From assembly GCA_038523235.1 (NCBI GenBank), contig JBCBJQ010000001.1, positions 64,001-128,000 on the forward strand: a DNA stretch of 64,000 nt, written 5' to 3'. The notes under the pieces were generated by a model, which saw only the letters and a list, made by a program, of their open reading frames with translations, had not been told where the DNA came from and made no database searches. Positions 1 through 11,240 of this stretch are shown one piece after another (position 1 is the first letter of the stretch; each line of letters opens with the position of its first letter). The DNA comes from Cyanobacteria bacterium J06626_4 (lineage in GTDB: Bacteria; Cyanobacteriota; Cyanobacteriia; Phormidesmidales; Phormidesmidaceae). Made by a program: the position numbers and the translations under genes.

Positions 1-49
1 CGCAGATACTCAGAGCGTTAGGAACGGGTATCTGCTCTGTAGGTGAGCT

Positions 50-1303
50 ATGACAGAGTTAGAGAAAAAGCGTGTTGTCATTACCGGCTTGGGGGCGATC
101 ACGCCCATCGGCAACGATCTAGCAAGCTATTGGCAAGGGCTATTGGCAGGGCGATCAGGCGTCGGCCCCATCACCCATTTTGATGCAGCACAGCATGTGA
201 CCCGCATTGCCGCTGAGGTCAAAGGGTTTGACCCGCTGCAATACATGGATCGTAAAGATGCCAAGCGGATGGATCGCTTCGCGCAGTTTGCTGTCGCCAC
301 CAGTCAACAAGCTCTGGCCGATGCTCAACTCGAAATTACCGCCCTCAACGCCGAACAAATTGGCGTCATGATTGGCACTGGTGTCGGCGGGCTCAAGATT
401 ATGGAGGAGCAGCAGGCTGTCTATCTTAACCGCGGCCCCAGTCGCTGCAGTCCCTTCATGGTGCCGATGATGATTGCCAACATGGCGGCAGGGCTAACCG
501 CGATTCATACGGGCGCTCAAGGGCCGAACTCCTGTCCAGTCACGGCCTGTGCTGCCGGTTCCAATGCCATTGGTGATGCCTTCCGGCTGGTGCAGCAGGG
601 CTATGCCCAGGCCATGATCTGTGGCGGTACAGAAGCGGCTGTGACGCCCTTATCAGTGGCCGGTTTTGGCTCGGCTCGGGCGCTGTCAACCCGCAATGAC
701 GAGCCGCAAATTGCCAGCCGTCCCTTTGATCGCGATCGCGACGGTTTTGTCATCGGCGAAGGCTGCGGCATTCTGATTCTCGAAGCGCTAGACCATGCGT
801 TGAGTCGTGGGGCGCGCATCTATGCCGAAATCACTGGCTATGGCATGACCTGCGACGCTTACCACATGACGGCACCGGTGCCCGGCGGGGCGGGTGCGGC
901 CCGCTGCATTCAGCTAGCGCTGAAGGATGCTGGCGTCACACCTGACCAGGTCAGCTACATTAACGCCCACGGCACTAGCACCCCGGCTAACGACCCAACC
1001 GAAACCCAAGCCATTAAAACGGCCTTGGGTGACGCGGCCGCCAAAATTCCCGTCAGCTCAACTAAGTCAATGACCGGTCATCTCCTCGGCGGCTCCGGTG
1101 GCATTGAAGGCGTAGCGGCAACGATGGTGGTCAATCAAGACCAGGTGCCGCCCACCATCAATTTGGATAACCCCGACGAAAACTGCGATCTCGACTACGT
1201 TCCCAACCAGTCGCGATCGCTGCCCGTTGACGTGACCCTCTCCAATTCGTTTGGGTTTGGTGGCCACAATGTCACTCTAGTTTTTCAGAAGTACCGTAGC
1301 TGA
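50..1303 (+). CDS. fabF: Beta-ketoacyl-ACP synthase II
   Basis: RRVVITGLG-type N-terminus, catalytic TACAAG, INAHGTST, STKSMTGHLLG, SNSFGFGGHN. Confidence 0.97.
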   Translation: MTELEKKRVVITGLGAITPIGNDLASYWQGLLAGRSGVGPITHFDAAQHVTRIAAEVKGFDPLQYMDRKDAKRMDRFAQFAVATSQQALADAQLEITALNAEQIGVMIGTGVGGLKIMEEQQAVYLNRGPSRCSPFMVPMMIANMAAGLTAIHTGAQGPNSCPVTACAAGSNAIGDAFRLVQQGYAQAMICGGTEAAVTPLSVAGFGSARALSTRNDEPQIASRPFDRDRDGFVIGEGCGILILEALDHALSRGARIYAEITGYGMTCDAYHMTAPVPGGAGAARCIQLALKDAGVTPDQVSYINAHGTSTPANDPTETQAIKTALGDAAAKIPVSSTKSMTGHLLGGSGGIEGVAATMVVNQDQVPPTINLDNPDENCDLDYVPNQSRSLPVDVTLSNSFGFGGHNVTLVFQKYRS

Positions 1304-1320
1304 CGCTACCATTTGATAGG

Positions 1321-1326
1321 TATAAT
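1321..1326 (+). promoter_or_regulatory. Candidate -10 element upstream of tkt
   Basis: Perfect TATAAT in AT-rich intergenic DNA about 260 nt before the tkt ATG; no TSS data. Confidence 0.3.
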
Positions 1327-1581
1327 GACTTACTAGAAGTTGTTCAAAATTTAATCCTGCGGGTAGCCATCTGCTGCTGATCCCCGGTGAGCCGTTGAAG
1401 TCCGAGCGTCCCAGTCCCCATAAAGGACAGTTAGACAGCTTGTTAGACAACTGCGTCAATGGGATGATGAGCGTATTAGAAGTCCGTTTGATTGCGTGGG
1501 CCTGAGTCTGTGCACCAGTGGGTTGTTCTAAGCAGGCATGAGTCCCAGGTATTTGCTGTCCCGTCGTTGAGTAATAGGTCT

Positions 1582-3588
1582 ATGGTTGTCGCATCCCAAT
1601 CTTTAGAGGCGCTTTGCGTTAATTCGATTCGTTTTTTGGCTATTGATGCTGTTCAGAAGGCAAACTCGGGTCACCCTGGCTTGCCGATGGGGGCAGCGCC
1701 CATGGCCTATGTGCTGTGGGACAAGATGATGCGGTTCAATCCGAAAAACCCCCAGTGGTTTAACCGCGATCGCTTCGTTTTGTCAGCAGGACACGGCTGC
1801 ATGCTGCAGTACGCGCTGCTGTATCTCAGCGGCTACGATAGCGTCTCTCTGGACGACATAAAACAGTTTCGCCAGTGGGAATCGACCACCCCAGGTCACC
1901 CCGAAAACTTTGAAACCCCCGGTATTGAAGTGACCACCGGGCCGCTGGGCCAGGGCATCTGTAACGGCGTCGGCTTGGCTATTGCCGAGGCCCACTTAGC
2001 CAGCCGCTTCAACAAATCGGATGCCACCATTGTTGACCATTACACCTATGTGATCTTGGGCGATGGCTGCAATATGGAAGGTGTCTCCGGTGAAGCTTGC
2101 TCCTTGGCGGGACACTTGGGCTTGGGCAAACTGATTGCCCTGTATGACGACAATCATATTTCGATTGATGGTTCCACTGACATTGCCTTCACAGAAGATG
2201 TGTCGAAGCGCTTTGAGGCCTATGGCTGGCATGTTTTACATGTCGAAAACGGCAACACCGATTTAGACGCCATTGAAAAGGCGATCTCTGACGCAAAAGC
2301 GGTCACCGACCAGCCGACCATGATTAAGGTGACGACGACTATTGGGTATGGCTCTCCCAACATGGCTGATACCTCGGGCGTTCACGGGTCGCCTTTGGGC
2401 GGCGACGAAATCAACCTCACCCGCGAATCGCTAGGCTGGAGCTATGGTGACTTTGAAGTGCCGGAAGATGCCCTCAGTCATATGCGTCAGGCGGTTGAGC
2501 GCGGCGCTAGCTACCAAGCAGAATGGGAAGAAGCCTTGGCCGCCTATCGTACTCAATATCCTGAGGATGCCGCTCTGTTTGAGCGGATGCTGTCGGGCCA
2601 ACTGCCGGAAAACTGGGCCGACGCGCTCCCAACCTATTCTCCCGAGGGTAAGGCGATCGCAACGCGCAAAACTTCTGAAGCCACCCTCAATGCCTTGGCT
2701 CCGGCTGTGCCTGAACTGGTTGGCGGCTCGGCTGATTTAGCTAAATCGAACAACACCTTGATGACGCTGTCGGGCGACTTTCAAAAGGGCGCTTACGAAA
2801 ACCGCAACATTCGTTTCGGGGTGCGTGAGCATGGCATGGCGGCGATTTGTAACGGCATTGCCCTGCACAACTCTGGCTTAATTCCTTACTGCGCTACCTT
2901 CTTGGTCTTTGCTGACTACATGCGGGCGGCCATTCGGCTTTCCGCGCTGTCACAGGCGGGCGTCATCTACGTGTTGACCCACGACTCCGTCGGTTTGGGC
3001 GAAGACGGCCCCACCCACCAGCCGGTGGAAACGATTGCCTCGCTGCGGGCAATCCCTAACCTCACGGTGATTCGTCCGGCCGATGGCAACGAGACCTCGG
3101 GCGCTTACAAAGTGGCGATCGCCAACCGTAAGACGCCGACTCTATTGGCCTTCTCTCGTCAAGCCTTGCCCCAGACGGTGGGCAGCTCGATCGATGGCGT
3201 GGCCAAAGGCGCTTATATCATCTCTGATGGTACCGGCACGCCCGATGTCATTCTCATCGGTACGGGCAGCGAGCTCGAGCTGTGTGTCAAGGCTGCAGAG
3301 CAGTTGACTGCCGCTGGCAAGCAAGTACGCGTAGTTTCTATGCCGTCTTGGGAACTGTTTGATGCTCAAGATGACGACTACCGGGAATCGGTATTGCCCA
3401 AAGCGGTGACTCAGCGCCTCGCTGTGGAAGCCGGTATCTCTATGGGCTGGTGCCGCTACGTTGGCAGTGCCGGTGATGTCATCAGCATTGAGCGTTTCGG
3501 TGCTTCTGCGCCGGGCAAAACCGTGTTAGAAAAGTTTGGCTATACCGTTGAAAATGTGGTGGCTCGCGCCAACGCACTGATGGGGTAA
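1582..3588 (+). CDS. tkt: Transketolase
   Basis: [28 protein letters not shown] ThDP motif, GEDGPTHQP; start moved to ATG 1582 (MVVASQ). Confidence 0.97.
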   Translation: MVVASQSLEALCVNSIRFLAIDAVQKANSGHPGLPMGAAPMAYVLWDKMMRFNPKNPQWFNRDRFVLSAGHGCMLQYALLYLSGYDSVSLDDIKQFRQWESTTPGHPENFETPGIEVTTGPLGQGICNGVGLAIAEAHLASRFNKSDATIVDHYTYVILGDGCNMEGVSGEACSLAGHLGLGKLIALYDDNHISIDGSTDIAFTEDVSKRFEAYGWHVLHVENGNTDLDAIEKAISDAKAVTDQPTMIKVTTTIGYGSPNMADTSGVHGSPLGGDEINLTRESLGWSYGDFEVPEDALSHMRQAVERGASYQAEWEEALAAYRTQYPEDAALFERMLSGQLPENWADALPTYSPEGKAIATRKTSEATLNALAPAVPELVGGSADLAKSNNTLMTLSGDFQKGAYENRNIRFGVREHGMAAICNGIALHNSGLIPYCATFLVFADYMRAAIRLSALSQAGVIYVLTHDSVGLGEDGPTHQPVETIASLRAIPNLTVIRPADGNETSGAYKVAIANRKTPTLLAFSRQALPQTVGSSIDGVAKGAYIISDGTGTPDVILIGTGSELELCVKAAEQLTAAGKQVRVVSMPSWELFDAQDDDYRESVLPKAVTQRLAVEAGISMGWCRYVGSAGDVISIERFGASAPGKTVLEKFGYTVENVVARANALMG

Positions 3589-3625
3589 TGGGACAAATCA
3601 GTCCACACTGATGGGTTGATCCTGT

Positions 3626-3659
3626 AAAAGGGGGCGCGAATTATTCGCGCCCCCTTTTT
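3626..3659. terminator. Bidirectional rho-independent terminator
   Basis: AAAAGGGGGCGCGAA-TTA-TTCGCGCCCCCTTTTT between convergent tkt and histidine kinase genes. Confidence 0.85.
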
Positions 3660-3782
3660 GATAACTGCCATTGCTGTCCAGCAACGCTTCAGTCTGCTGT
3701 GGTGCACCTACGATTACCCAAGAAGCAAAGAGCTGGGAGGTTCTGCAAGTGCGACGATCGCTGCACTTGCAATCATGCTCCG

Positions 3783-5759
3783 TTAGTCCTTGCCTAAGGT
3801 GTATTTGGCCAACACAGACACCAGCTCGGCGGGATTAATCGGCTTGCTGATGTAGTCTTGCATGCCCGCTTCGAGACAGCGATCGCGATCTTGGGGACGC
3901 GCCAAGGCCGTCGCCGCCACCACCGGAATATCCTGCCAGGCAGGATTCTGTCGAATTTTCTGAGTCAGCTGCAAGCCATCCATCCCCGACAGTTGAATAT
4001 CCATCAAAATTAAAGCCGGGCGGTTAGTCGCCAGCCAATCTAGGGCAGCAGCAGCATCGGCACAGTGAAAGACCTGATAACCCCAGTGCGTCAGCATATG
4101 CTCTAGCAGCAGCGCATTGATGGGGTTATCTTCGACGACTAACACCGGCCCAGAAATGGCGGCCTCTGGCGACGCGGGCATCTCCGTTGGTGTCGGTGTC
4201 GCCGTCGTATTTAATAGCGCGTAATGCTCATCATGCGGTGTTTTCACCTGACAGTTGAGGGGTAAATGCAGGGTAAATTGGCTACCGCTGTCTTTTTCAG
4301 ACTTAACCGTCACGTCGCCCCCGTGCAAACGGGTTAGTTTTTGCGTCAGCACCAGCCCCAGCCCCGTGCCCTCATACTGCTTTGAAAGCGAGCTATCCAA
4401 CTGTTGAAAGGGTTGAAACAGGGATGACAATTCCTCCTCCGCAATGCCGATCCCTTCGTCCCAAACCGTGATGTTCAGATATTCTTGCTGCTGCTCTACC
4501 CGTAGCCCGATTGCGCCCTGCTTTGGCGTAAATTTGATCGCGTTAGACAGCAAATTCAGCAGCATTTGCCGCACGCGCATTTCATCGGCCAGCAGCGTGG
4601 GCAAGTTCTCCGCGACCTCGCGATGAACCGTCAGCTGCTTCATCTCCGCCTGGGTTTCGACCATCTTGAGCACGTCATCACACAGGGGCACGATCGCGAT
4701 CGCGGTGACATGCAAGTCCATCTGCCCCGCTTCAACTTTAGAGAGGTCGAGCACTTCATTGATCAAGCTGAGTAAATGCTCGCCGCTCTGATGAATTTGG
4801 GTGACATATAGCTGCTGGCGATCGTTCAGCTCACCATAAACTGACTGACTGAGCAATGCTGAAAATCCCAGAATCGAGGTCATGGGTGTCCGCAATTCGT
4901 GTGACATATTGGCCAGAAACTCGGACTTGAGGCGATTAGCGCGGGCCAGCTCCAAATTTTTAGACGCTAACTCAGCCTTGATGTTTTCCTGCTGCGTGAT
5001 GTCTCGCAAAATAATCGACACCGCAACAGGAGTCGCATCGCCTTCACCATGCACCGGGCTAATCGAGATGAACGCCGTAAAAGTTTCATGGGTGTAGCGC
5101 TGGCAGACAATTTGCCCACTCCAGCCTTCGCCTTGGGCGCGGTCTAAAATCCAGCGTACCTGGTCTTCATTTTGAAAGAAGACTTCCAGATTGACGCCGG
5201 TGAGCCGCGCTTGGGGCCAGTTAAAGGTGCGCCGTGTAGCCAGGTTAGCGTACTGAATGTTGCCTTGTAGATCAGTAATTAACGCGCTGTCATGGGCCGA
5301 ATCTAACGCCATCGAAAACATTTTGAGCTGAGCTTCAAAACGCTTGCGCTCAGTGATATCGCGGCCAATGCCCAAGGCCCCGACGAGTTGCCCCGACTGA
5401 TAGAGCAAGCGACCGTTGACTTCAATAAAGACGCGATCGCCCGATTTGGTCAGCACCACAAATTCATAATCTCGCAACTCTCCCGTTTTGAGCAGATTGG
5501 CAAAGACCTCCAGGGTCGACTGCTGACATTCCGGTGCCACGATATCTAAGTATGAGTGGCCAATCACCTCATCGTAATGATCGGCCCCTATGAGCTTGAG
5601 CCCATAGGGGTTAACAAAGGTAAATTTGCCTGTCAGGTCTAAGGTGTAAACAATATCTGAGGCGGCTTCTACATAGGCTCGAAAAAGGCTATCTGGACCC
5701 GGTTCAAGGGGGGAAACAGGATCAGCCAAAGGGGCCTTTGGAGTATGGGCGCTGGTCAT
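3783..5759 (-). CDS. Hybrid sensor histidine kinase (2 PAS - HisKA - HATPase - REC), cytoplasmic
   Basis: Two PAS/PAC domains ending DITERK and DITQQE; FLANMSHELRTP H-box; NLLSNAIKFT, DEGIGI and GTGLGL boxes; receiver LILMDIQL...YISKP. Confidence 0.93.
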   Translation of the reverse strand: MTSAHTPKAPLADPVSPLEPGPDSLFRAYVEAASDIVYTLDLTGKFTFVNPYGLKLIGADHYDEVIGHSYLDIVAPECQQSTLEVFANLLKTGELRDYEFVVLTKSGDRVFIEVNGRLLYQSGQLVGALGIGRDITERKRFEAQLKMFSMALDSAHDSALITDLQGNIQYANLATRRTFNWPQARLTGVNLEVFFQNEDQVRWILDRAQGEGWSGQIVCQRYTHETFTAFISISPVHGEGDATPVAVSIILRDITQQENIKAELASKNLELARANRLKSEFLANMSHELRTPMTSILGFSALLSQSVYGELNDRQQLYVTQIHQSGEHLLSLINEVLDLSKVEAGQMDLHVTAIAIVPLCDDVLKMVETQAEMKQLTVHREVAENLPTLLADEMRVRQMLLNLLSNAIKFTPKQGAIGLRVEQQQEYLNITVWDEGIGIAEEELSSLFQPFQQLDSSLSKQYEGTGLGLVLTQKLTRLHGGDVTVKSEKDSGSQFTLHLPLNCQVKTPHDEHYALLNTTATPTPTEMPASPEAAISGPVLVVEDNPINALLLEHMLTHWGYQVFHCADAAAALDWLATNRPALILMDIQLSGMDGLQLTQKIRQNPAWQDIPVVAATALARPQDRDRCLEAGMQDYISKPINPAELVSVLAKYTLGKD

Positions 5760-6243
5760 AGCGGTGGTTTATTAATATCCAGATTGCGAATCAGCAGTAG
5801 GAGACCCTTTGATAAGTCGATAGCCCTAATCATCGCAGAGAGCGCCATCATTAAGCGTGACACACCTCAGTTGATCAGCAGTGTGTTCGGCCAATAGCCC
5901 GCTAGGCATCGCTTTGCAAATGCCACACACCACAGCACCGTTGAATTAGAACTCTCTACTTCGTAGCTATGCAGACTCGCTGGTAGGGGATACCCCTGAC
6001 TGCCTCAATTAACTTTTCATGACGATCACCCAGAGATCAGGGAAATTCCTCAGGAACCGGTAAAAACTTCCCAAAAGGTCGTTATTCGCCTTTAAAAGCT
6101 GTAGATGCTCTAAAGACCCAAAAGGTTCCCACTCAGCGCTTTGTTTGATGGTAAGTCCATCAAGTCAGGATATCTGTGTTCGCTTTACCTGAATCGCGCC
6201 CGCTCCACTGATGCGGCCAGCTGAGTCAAATCCGATCACCAGC

Positions 6244-7068
6244 TCAGTCGAATCTTTCGGTATAGACGACAGCCTCTCGCAGTACTTCTTCCTGCTGTCC
6301 CGCATCATCAAACCGCACAATCACCAAGCTGCTGGAGTCGAGTCGATATTCAAAATTGTCGTTGCCAATGATGTAGCCACCCCCGAGAGCTTCCACGTCT
6401 TGCGCGGTCACCACCTGTTCGGTGCCTTGTTCTTGGGATAAGTAGAGACGCTGATAGCGAATTTTGCACACATAAATAGTGTGGCTTTGCGTCACAAAGT
6501 AAGCCTCGATCGCGCGGGTATTGCCACAGTGCTCATCCAGCGCCTCTTTTAAAACATCGTTCTGAGGGCTCAGAGGGGCCGCAGCGGACTCGTCGGTTGA
6601 GGCCGAGGGAGCGGTCGGAATATCAAGCAAGTCACTGCGCACCCAACCCACCGTAGACGCATTTTGAAAGGTGACGTAATGCCAGGTGTGACCGTCTTCA
6701 GCAGGCTCGGCTCGACCCAACACGACAGTGTCGCCGACCTGCCCATAGCCAATGGGGGCACTCGTCGCCGAGGGCTGCGATCGCACATTGACCTCAGCAC
6801 CAGGATTCTCAGTGATCAGGGTCGCGATTTGCCCCGCGGTTTGATCAGGTTGAGGCGGCGCCGCTGACTCATTAGTCGCATCGGTCGAAACGGTATCAGT
6901 CAAACCTGGCCAAGTATCGGGTGTGGGCTGCACCGTCGGCGTGCCATCAGTGCCCGCATCGGCCGTTGTAGTTGGTCGTTGAGACCGCGACCGCCCTTGG
7001 CGGCAAGTGCCTAGCCCCACTAAACAAACAACGGCTAACAGCCCTCCCAATACAAACCGCGATCGCAT
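6244..7068 (-). CDS. Secreted/membrane-anchored protein with bacterial SH3 domain
   Basis: Hydrophobic N-terminus, T/P-rich linker, VNVRSQPS...W..V.F....GWVRSD SH3b pattern. Confidence 0.8.
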   Translation of the reverse strand: MRSRFVLGGLLAVVCLVGLGTCRQGRSRSQRPTTTADAGTDGTPTVQPTPDTWPGLTDTVSTDATNESAAPPQPDQTAGQIATLITENPGAEVNVRSQPSATSAPIGYGQVGDTVVLGRAEPAEDGHTWHYVTFQNASTVGWVRSDLLDIPTAPSASTDESAAAPLSPQNDVLKEALDEHCGNTRAIEAYFVTQSHTIYVCKIRYQRLYLSQEQGTEQVVTAQDVEALGGGYIIGNDNFEYRLDSSSLVIVRFDDAGQQEEVLREAVVYTERFD

Positions 7069-7173
7069 GCTTCGTCACCCTTGCTCACCCAGATTTATGG
7101 TTAAGTCTACTGATTGTGTCGCGCTCTGCAACTACCCACCGTGACCTGAGTGAAATTCGTAATTATTGCTGCA

Positions 7174-8955
7174 TTATTTAGCGTCGGCTTTCCACAGGTA
7201 GCCCATCTGGTCAATCGTGAGGCCCGTATCAGGAAAATCATGAGCGGTGAGGTGTCGGATCAGGGTAACACTTTCAAAAAAATTGTCGATGTAGGGCACC
7301 CCATTGTCATCTAAGGCCACAGGAATAATGCGCCCGCCCAAGAAATCGCCCGTATCGTTGAGCTCAACTTGCAAAATCAACGATTGCCCTAGCGGCCCTA
7401 CGGTCGAGAGCGTGCGATAACCCAAAAAGTTGCCGAGGGAGTAGGCAATCAGCTTGTCTTGGTAAAGCTCGATCGCTCTGGGCACGTGGGGGCCATGCCC
7501 CAAAATCAGGTCAGCGCCAGCATCCACCATCGTCCGCGAGAACTGCACCAGGTTGCCACGATTTTCTGAAAAGAAGTATTCCGTTTGATTACGCACGCGC
7601 AGCGCATCGGTACCCTCAGCCCCGCCATGCACCGAGACCACCACCATATCAGCCTGAGCCTGGGCGGCTCTGACCAACTCAGCAGCAGTCGTCAGGTTAT
7701 TCATATTGTTGTGGTCATCCCAATAGCTGAAGCCAATAAAGGCGATCGCATACCCATTAGCTTCCAGCATGACGATTTCACCTTGACGGCCCACGGCACG
7801 CATCCCCGCCTGTTCGATATGGGTGATGGTATCGGCAAACCCTGCATCCCCAAAGTCAAAGGAGTGGTTGTTGGCAACGCTTAAAATGTCGAATCCAGCC
7901 GCCTGTAGCACGGGGGCAAAGGCCGGTGGCGTTCGAAAGGCAAAGGTCATGCCGCGGCTCACATCTTTAGCCACATAGGGGGAGTCAGTGAGAGTGCTTT
8001 CAAAGTTGCCAAAGAGGATATCGACTTCCCCCATGAACATTTTGACGCTGTTGAACAGGTAGTTAGGGTCTGCCGGCAGTCGATAGTCGGGGAAATTGGT
8101 GCCGGGAATAATGTCGCCCACGGCTTTCAGACTGACAGCAACTTGGGCAGAGGGCGGCACGGTCAGCAGGTTAGCCGCAGCGCCGAGCCCGTTGTTTGAC
8201 GTGATGGGCTGCCACAGCGTGGTGTCGGGAGCCGCAGACTGATCGGATGAGGGCGACTCTGGCAACGGGGCAGGAGCAAGGGCGGGATCAAGAGGGGGCA
8301 GCTCTTGAGGGGCGATCGCGGGCTCTAGCTGATCAGGCGGCACGACGGTGACGGCTGACGAGTCCGCCAAGGGTCGCCTCAGCTGAGTAACAGCAAATCG
8401 CGATCGCAGCGACTCATGCGTGAAGGCGATCGCGGTACCCACCACAAAACTGACACCGCCCAAAGCGATCGCCCCGGCTTGCCATTGTCGGCGTCGAGTC
8501 AGCTGTTGACGCTGAAGATGCTGTTGCTGCAGTCGAGCAGCCGGTGCCGACGTCGAGGGCACTGAACCGCCCACCTCTCCAGCGGCGATGGTTGAGGGCA
8601 GAAACTGGGCCAGGGGGGAGGGCTGGTGGGTTGCCAGTCCTGGCGATCGCTCCAACAGCGTGTGATGCACTAGCTGATGGGCATCAGATAAGCCGCTGTC
8701 AATATAGACATAAACATCCCAATACTTCGTCCCCTGGAGTCCTTGTAAAACTCGTTCGAGCTGGGGCAACAGCTGGCCCAAGCCATACAAATGGGCCGCC
8801 GGCAAATGAATATCGAGACGGGGCAGTGGCCCTGTAATTGTCAGGGGAGGCTGCAGGGCTAGGGCCGCATTGACATAATGGGCAATCGCCAGACAATTGC
8901 CTGACGGGGAGGACGGAGCCGGCGATCGCACCGTCTGCTCAGCCGTATGGGCCAT
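7174..8955 (-). CDS. CapA (PGA_cap) family metallophosphoesterase-fold protein with one TM helix
   Basis: AVGDI, GNFES, VANNHSFDFG, SVHGGAE, GHGPHV and YSLGNF motifs; long N-terminal extension. Confidence 0.88.
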   Translation of the reverse strand: MAHTAEQTVRSPAPSSPSGNCLAIAHYVNAALALQPPLTITGPLPRLDIHLPAAHLYGLGQLLPQLERVLQGLQGTKYWDVYVYIDSGLSDAHQLVHHTLLERSPGLATHQPSPLAQFLPSTIAAGEVGGSVPSTSAPAARLQQQHLQRQQLTRRRQWQAGAIALGGVSFVVGTAIAFTHESLRSRFAVTQLRRPLADSSAVTVVPPDQLEPAIAPQELPPLDPALAPAPLPESPSSDQSAAPDTTLWQPITSNNGLGAAANLLTVPPSAQVAVSLKAVGDIIPGTNFPDYRLPADPNYLFNSVKMFMGEVDILFGNFESTLTDSPYVAKDVSRGMTFAFRTPPAFAPVLQAAGFDILSVANNHSFDFGDAGFADTITHIEQAGMRAVGRQGEIVMLEANGYAIAFIGFSYWDDHNNMNNLTTAAELVRAAQAQADMVVVSVHGGAEGTDALRVRNQTEYFFSENRGNLVQFSRTMVDAGADLILGHGPHVPRAIELYQDKLIAYSLGNFLGYRTLSTVGPLGQSLILQVELNDTGDFLGGRIIPVALDDNGVPYIDNFFESVTLIRHLTAHDFPDTGLTIDQMGYLWKADAK

Positions 8956-9063
8956 ACCAATCTCACTTCTCAGTTATCGATGGATGCTTGTGAGTCATAG
9001 ACGCTCGCCCCGATTACTGTCAGCTCCAGGTCTGGCCATTTCAAGCCGCTGGGCCAATCGCCC

Positions 9064-9183
9064 TTAGCCTAGTCCCTGAGAAGACAGCAGATACTTGCCT
9101 AGTTGAAATAGATTGAGGGCGATAAACGTGATCAAAAAGATCGTCACGACCACATTAAAAGCGTTTCGTAAAATGTTGACCAT
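9064..9183 (-). CDS. Candidate 39-aa single-TM small protein (MVNILRNAFNVVVTIFLITFIALNLFQLGKYLLSSQGLG)
   Basis: Hand-translated ATG..TAA ORF with a continuous hydrophobic stretch; below the ORF-track cutoff; no clear SD. Confidence 0.45.
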   Translation of the reverse strand: MVNILRNAFNVVVTIFLITFIALNLFQLGKYLLSSQGLG

Positions 9184-9836
9184 GAATTTCGTTTGATAAA
9201 TGGCAGCCTTTACACCTTCATCTAACCCACGCGATGTGATGAACGACTGAAAGGATTTTTAACACTCAGAGACGTTTTCCCGGCAGCCCTGACATCACAT
9301 CACATTAGCTTTATTGATTTTGACGACTGCCCTGCTCTCAAATTTGCACTGATTAACTCGCTTGACACGTGGCACGACCAGGAAGTGGAGAGAGCGAAAG
9401 GTCGAACGCGGTATGCTCACACAGAGCAGTGGCGATCAAGTGAAGCTAGCGCGGGATCAAACGAGGAGTCATGCCAACGGCTGTCGTTGAATTGACCTCA
9501 TTGCCCGCCGTCAATGAGGCTCTGGCTGATGGTGTTACCTCGTAAGTCAATACTCTAGCCGTCAGCAGCTTGGCATTACTTTACTGCTGACAAGGTTGAT
9601 CTGGCGAGTCACCGTCCCACATATCAACAGCAATTGGACAATAATGGACGATGCTTGAGCCAACAAGCTAAAGTGGTACTGACTACGACTAACGGTCTCG
9701 GTCGAAGTCTAGCGAACGTCTAGACTAAAATCTGGAAGTTGGCAGCGGCTTGCCGCAAAGGTTTGTACACTAAGCGCACAGCTAACCTAATCGTTGTGCT
9801 GGTTTGGAAGAGCATTGCAGACATGTGGAGCAAGGT

Positions 9837-10271
9837 ATGATGCAGAACTCTACGGCCTCGACCCCGATTCGTTCTCTAGAAGATGCGATTGAACGCTGCC
9901 AGGCGTTAGGCATGCGTCTGAGTCGCCAGCGGCGCTACATTCTAGAGCTGCTTTGGGAAGCTAAGGAACATCTGTCGGCCCGCGAGATTTACAACCGCCT
10001 GAGCCAACAGGGCTGCGATATCGGCCACACTTCGGTCTATCAAAATCTCGAAGCGCTGTCGGAGCAAAATATTATTGAGTGCGTTGAGCGGTCCGATGGT
10101 CGGCTCTATGGTCACATCAATGATGCTCATAGCCACGTGAACTGCACCAATACGCAGCAAATTATCGATGTGCACGTCGAACTGCCCGAGGCATTGATTC
10201 GTCAGGTCGAGGTACAAACCGGCACCAAAATTACGGAATATCGAGTCGACTTCTTTGGCGTGCGTCAGTAG
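9837..10271 (+). CDS. furC: Fur-family regulator, FurC/PerR type
   Basis: IRSLEDA..RCQ.LGMR.SRQRR.ILELLW, HLSAREIY, IGHTSVYQNLEAL, HSHVNC as in Anabaena FurC; start set at ATG 9837. Confidence 0.88.
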   Translation: MMQNSTASTPIRSLEDAIERCQALGMRLSRQRRYILELLWEAKEHLSAREIYNRLSQQGCDIGHTSVYQNLEALSEQNIIECVERSDGRLYGHINDAHSHVNCTNTQQIIDVHVELPEALIRQVEVQTGTKITEYRVDFFGVRQ

Positions 10272-10619
10272 CTAGCGTTAGCTGCTTAAAACGTCTTTAG
10301 TGAATAGATAAAAGACGGTTCCGAAGACGAAGGCGGCGATCACCATATCCATTGCATCTAGCTCCCTGTATTCATCGCGATGACGGCCTGAGCGCTGGGG
10401 ACTGACCCAAAAAACTCAGGCACCTTATCAACGTAACGGACTTGAGGTCTGATAGAAAGCAGGGAATCACCTACCTTGACAGGTACCCATTAATCACTTT
10501 CATCCGTAATCCGCTCAGGGTCGAACATGGGCGATCGCCCACCGACCGATTTCAGTCGTGATGATGCATCTGAGTATGGCCTTGGGTGACGAGATTTGCG
10601 CCTGAGGGACCGTAGGGGC

Positions 10620-11240
10620 TCAGATCTCAATTGGCAGTAAACCTTTGGGCGGCGTGATTTCGACATAGCCAGCAGCGAGATCGACGACGGGCACGATCGC
10701 ATACACAAAGGGAATCAAAATTGGCAGATTCCCCTTTTTGGTGGGTTTAGTCATTGGGGACGCGGCAGTTGATTGAGCTGATGCCGCCTGAGCATACAGT
10801 TCGATCTCCAGCAGATCATTACCCGCGGCATAGACATCGACGACGGTGCCAATCGCCGCCCCGGTCGCTTGCAGTCGCACCGTCAAACCCACTAAATCTG
10901 AGACATGGAATTCGTCCGATTCCACCGCGAGGCGATCGCCCGCCGGTACGACTAACTTTGCTTCGCGCAATGCCTCAGCCTGATCGCGATAGTTCACCCC
11001 AGCCAGCTTCAGCACATAGAGACCTTTCCCCGCTAGATAACGACCCGACACTAGCTGCACGGGTTCGGGCTGAGTCTGTCTCGGTTTTAGCAACCAGCGC
11101 TCGCCCGGCGCCAAAAACCGTTCGGGAAAATCACTGTCAGGGTAGACGCGCACGGCTCCATCAAGCCCTTGAGGGGCGACGATGCGACCAATCTCTAACC
11201 AATCGGTGGCAGCAGCATCTGACTCCATAGCAGCCGTCAT
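10620..11240 (-). CDS. rimM: 16S rRNA processing protein RimM
   Basis: [45 protein letters not shown] at 11240 overlaps the avtA stop (ATGA). Confidence 0.93.
   Translation of the reverse strand: MTAAMESDAAATDWLEIGRIVAPQGLDGAVRVYPDSDFPERFLAPGERWLLKPRQTQPEPVQLVSGRYLAGKGLYVLKLAGVNYRDQAEALREAKLVVPAGDRLAVESDEFHVSDLVGLTVRLQATGAAIGTVVDVYAAGNDLLEIELYAQAASAQSTAASPMTKPTKKGNLPILIPFVYAIVPVVDLAAGYVEITPPKGLLPIEI

Noticed and set aside
3744..3771. Hairpin TGCAAGTGC...GCACTTGCA around a HIP1-like core
   Set aside because: No U-tract and seen only once; function cannot be supported
5760..6243. Possible riboswitch upstream of the hybrid kinase
   Set aside because: Only weak hairpins; I could not match c-di-GMP or other aptamer consensus by eye
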